Shown in pieces: positions 61,022 to 64,000 of a stretch of 64,000 nt of DNA. How positions within the stretch are numbered: position 1 is the stretch's first letter; every line of letters starts with the position of its first letter. The stretch is from Bdellovibrionota bacterium (GTDB lineage: Bacteria > Bdellovibrionota > UBA1018 > CAIPTA01 > JAALKR01). The stretch covers positions 384,001-448,000 of the forward strand of contig CBDBMJ010000003.1 in assembly GCA_965207455.1 (NCBI GenBank), written 5' to 3'. The notes beneath the pieces were generated by a model that saw only the letters and a list, made by a program, of their open reading frames with translations, was not told the origin of the DNA and did not search any database. The translations under genes were made by a program, and so were the position numbers.

Positions 61022-61801
61022 TTAGAGATTCTTTTCAAGGTAGTTTTTAAGACCTTCTTCTATGTTCTCCACGTCAGTGTTTTTGAAGTTGCCATTTTGA
61101 ACTAGGTTTTTAGCACCAACACTTGCAGCAAGAGTGAAGTCGTTAGTGGCTACACCAGCTCCCAGAGCAGCGGCAAATTTTTGAATAGCGTTTTCACTAA
61201 ACCCTAAAGATGCAAGAAATATTGTTGAATCCTGCTCTGTAAGGCTATTGTCGTCCATTTTCTGTTGGAAGTTATCTACGGCAATAGCGAGGTCTCTTGC
61301 GTCCTGTGTACTAAAGCCAATATTTTCCAGTCTGCCTGCACTTCGCAATAGCGACGCTTCTTGGTTGAAAGCTGCTGCTGTTGCAAGATCCTTCATATAA
61401 GTACCCCCTGCTACATTGGAGCGTAGGTTATATACAACACCACTGCGGTCAATGTAGGTGCTACCAGTTCGGCTAACGCGATACCTGTCAGCATTATCCC
61501 AAAACCTGAAAATATTTCCACCTTTTCTGTAGTCATCCAAGTCTACAGCAAAATACTCTTCACCAATGTGGTCGTAAATAACAACATAGTCATATTGATG
61601 TGTTTTTTCTTTTACTAGTTCCACTTCATATCGTGTGTCGCTATTCGTTCTTTTTACAAAATCCCTTGCCAATTGGCTATGAGTATAGCAAGAGTGTCGA
61701 TTACAGCTACCGCTGCCACCACCACCACCACAGGCACTTATTCCAATGACGAGAGCCAGCCCCAAAAGACCAAGCATTGTTTTTTTGTTGTATGTTTTCA
61801 T
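61022..61801 (-). CDS. Hypothetical lipoprotein
   Basis: Lipobox ISAC followed by a GGGGGSGS linker. Confidence 0.75.
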   Translation of the reverse strand: MKTYNKKTMLGLLGLALVIGISACGGGGGSGSCNRHSCYTHSQLARDFVKRTNSDTRYEVELVKEKTHQYDYVVIYDHIGEEYFAVDLDDYRKGGNIFRFWDNADRYRVSRTGSTYIDRSGVVYNLRSNVAGGTYMKDLATAAAFNQEASLLRSAGRLENIGFSTQDARDLAIAVDNFQQKMDDNSLTEQDSTIFLASLGFSENAIQKFAAALGAGVATNDFTLAASVGAKNLVQNGNFKNTDVENIEEGLKNYLEKNL

Positions 61802-61920
61802 TTTTAATTTCCCTTTCATTTGTTTAGTTTATTTATTGTTCCACATGTTAAACATGTATCGTCATGACTAACGCAGCAGGCGACCCACGTCAACAAAAAA
61901 ATGCCTAAATATTCATTTTT

Positions 61921-64000
61921 TTATCGAATAGGGAGGATTTTTAGTATTTTTTCTCGACCATACGCGCAATAAAAGACAAAAGCCATGCTTTTTTCCCATG
62001 CCGCCGTAACTAATGCGGAGCAGCTTTTTGGGATATGAAGATTAAACTTAGTAGGGAGATATAATTTTTTGTTTCTATCTATTGTTAAAAGGAATAGGTG
62101 TTTTTTCGTAATGGGGGAATAGTTCACTATAAGGGCTGGGCGCAGCGGTCTGCCCTTTCCTCCAAAAAAAGATGGAGTAATCGTTGAATGGAAAAAAATG
62201 CCGGGTAAGAGAGAGGACTTCACCAAAGAAAAGCGGCTATAGACCGGTTCTCTTGAACCAGAGGCAGCCACAAGAACAAGTCCATCTGTTTCTTCAAAGA
62301 AGGTATAGGTTGACTCTTTAGAGGCGAATGAAACAAGAGAGGAATTAACGCTTCGAATTTGCATGTCTTCGAAGATCCTAAGGAGTGCACTACCTGGGCG
62401 CAAATTATAGTTGGAGTCCCATATAGAGGCAAAGGCTAGTGCTGGGCCTTGGATTTGGTACATTGCTAATGGCACGCCAGATTCAAAACTTCTATCCGTA
62501 AATTCAAAAACAGGTCTACCGAAAGATGCGTAAGAGCATAAATCAGGGGAGACGGCCTTGATGTTCTCTGCCTTTCGGTTTAGCAGATCATAATAGCTTA
62601 CGCTCAGTACATAGCAATCGCCATTACTAACTTTAAATAATAGTTCCGTAGTTCCCGTATAAAAATGTTTGTTGGATTGTGGGAGTATTTGTAGAATGGT
62701 ACCGTTTTTATGAAAATCTAGATTTAATTTTTTATCAATATGCTGTTTAAATAAGAAATTTTCAAAAGCATAAAAATTCATCCATCCATGTTTAGTGGGA
62801 TGGAAGTCTGCATAATAAACTCGCATTTGAGGTGATTCGGGATTTTCAGTGGAGAAAATAGAAGAATCCTTATCTGATTCTACTAGTGACCCGTTTGCAT
62901 AAAATACGGGAAAAGCAACTTGCTTGCCATTCTTTAATTCTTTTTTATAAAAAGAAGAAATTTCGCCAGGGTATTCCATCCCAAATGGTAATTGATAGGT
63001 TTGCTGATCCAGTAGAGGTGAGAAATCATGCTTTACGAAACTGTATTGTACTATGACTTTTGGTTTTTTTTGATCTTTAACCTTTGTTTCATAAGAGGAA
63101 ATTATGAGGTAATCGAGCTCACTGTCATAGTTTAAATCTATGCGGATAGTTCTAATGAGGTTAGATGCGCCAGAAACCTCAATGATACCAGCCTTTTTTA
63201 TTCCATGATCCATCGATCGAAAAACATGAAGCTCTAAATATTTTCTATCCTCTCTCAGAGGACTTAGAAACATATATTCAGGTTTAGTGTGAATATTTTC
63301 TGAATGAGTGCTAATAGTTATTGGCGTTATGTTTTTTATGTCTTCTCTTGCTTCCCAACCAACTGGGAATATAAATGGAAGGGAAATGAGGCCTGCATCT
63401 TTTTCAATGTTTCGAGATATATTTATTCGATGGATGAAATTCCCTTGAAATACATCGTTTGCCCAGACGGAAAGCTCAAAAGAAAAATGGCTCTCTCTTC
63501 CAATTTTTCTGATATCTACAGAAACAGGAAAAGTTTCCAGGGCTTCCGGATGTGAAAAATTAAATTCTTTTTGAGCGAATGTGTAGTTAGGTGTATTGCT
63601 TTTTAGCTTCACTCGAATATTTTTTGTTTTTTTCCATAGGCTTTTAATTTTTATATTTAATGGAGAAGTTTCTACCAAGTGATCATCTTTCATAAAAAAG
63701 ACTAATGTGTTTAGCCCTTTAAAATCTGGGCGAACCACTGTTTGTTCTTTTGCCGTTACAGCGTGCCATATTCTTGGCGTTCCATCCAATATGGGCCTGT
63801 TCTTGTTCACCAGTCTATTGGCTGAGACAATTAAGCGAGCCTGTAGTTCATCGGGAGAAATATCTGGATAAATACTTATGAGCGTGGCTGCCATGCCGGA
63901 AACAATAGCCGTAGATTGAGAGGTTCCAGACAGGCTATTATAGTTTCTCTGTGTTTTGAAAAATCTAGGACTGCGGGAGTGCTCTGGATAGGTACTTAAA
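61921..64000 (-). CDS. S8 (subtilase) serine peptidase with long C-terminal extension; 5' part outside the window
   Basis: The frame is open to the window edge. Upstream of the annotated Met it reads LSTYP...YNSLSGTSQSTAIVSGMAATL, the catalytic-Ser motif. Confidence 0.85.
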   Translation of the reverse strand, partial: LSTYPEHSRSPRFFKTQRNYNSLSGTSQSTAIVSGMAATLISIYPDISPDELQARLIVSANRLVNKNRPILDGTPRIWHAVTAKEQTVVRPDFKGLNTLVFFMKDDHLVETSPLNIKIKSLWKKTKNIRVKLKSNTPNYTFAQKEFNFSHPEALETFPVSVDIRKIGRESHFSFELSVWANDVFQGNFIHRINISRNIEKDAGLISLPFIFPVGWEAREDIKNITPITISTHSENIHTKPEYMFLSPLREDRKYLELHVFRSMDHGIKKAGIIEVSGASNLIRTIRIDLNYDSELDYLIISSYETKVKDQKKPKVIVQYSFVKHDFSPLLDQQTYQLPFGMEYPGEISSFYKKELKNGKQVAFPVFYANGSLVESDKDSSIFSTENPESPQMRVYYADFHPTKHGWMNFYAFENFLFKQHIDKKLNLDFHKNGTILQILPQSNKHFYTGTTELLFKVSNGDCYVLSVSYYDLLNRKAENIKAVSPDLCSYASFGRPVFEFTDRSFESGVPLAMYQIQGPALAFASIWDSNYNLRPGSALLRIFEDMQIRSVNSSLVSFASKESTYTFFEETDGLVLVAASGSREPVYSRFSLVKSSLLPGIFFHSTITPSFFGGKGRPLRPALIVNYSPITKKHLFLLTIDRNKKLYLPTKFNLHIPKSCSALVTAAWEKSMAFVFYCAYGREKILKILPIR

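Noticed and set aside
61843..61857. Palindrome ACATGTT-A-AACATGT as a second parS or operator
   Set aside because: Does not match parS; a single occurrence with no regulator to assign.

Overview
This window is the replication-origin region of a bacterial chromosome. Gene order and content suggest Bdellovibrionota or a related deltaproteobacteria-like lineage (inference). The core is recF(partial)-dnaN-[oriC]-dnaA on the minus strand, then rpmH-rnpA-yidD-yidC-mnmE-mnmG-rsmG, parS, parA-parB-bactofilin and an F-type ATP synthase cluster (b', b, delta, alpha, gamma, beta, epsilon). Further on are ligA, radA, glpK, recO, gmhB, galE, lemA/TPM genes, an MsbA-like transporter, an LD-peptidase, mnmA and an amidase. 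Islands of secreted, locally diversified proteins are interspersed. The most striking lies between rsmG and parA: a head-to-tail array of self-promoted cassettes encoding signal-peptide-bearing pentapeptide-repeat proteins (52, 36 and 41 repeats, plus a 4-repeat start-less remnant). These are built from a small reshuffled vocabulary of 15-nt modules and are mosaics of one another. Other diversified loci are a 26-residue-repeat (DUF285/BspA-like) lipoprotein whose variation falls almost entirely in four codons per repeat, and a triplet of secreted alpha/beta-hydrolase paralogs. Two near-identical sigma54 promoters, a duplicated LigA N-terminal segment and two structured intergenic regions also merit a second look. 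No rRNA, tRNA, CRISPR array, integrase or transposase was recognised. All family calls come from reading motifs, not from database searches.
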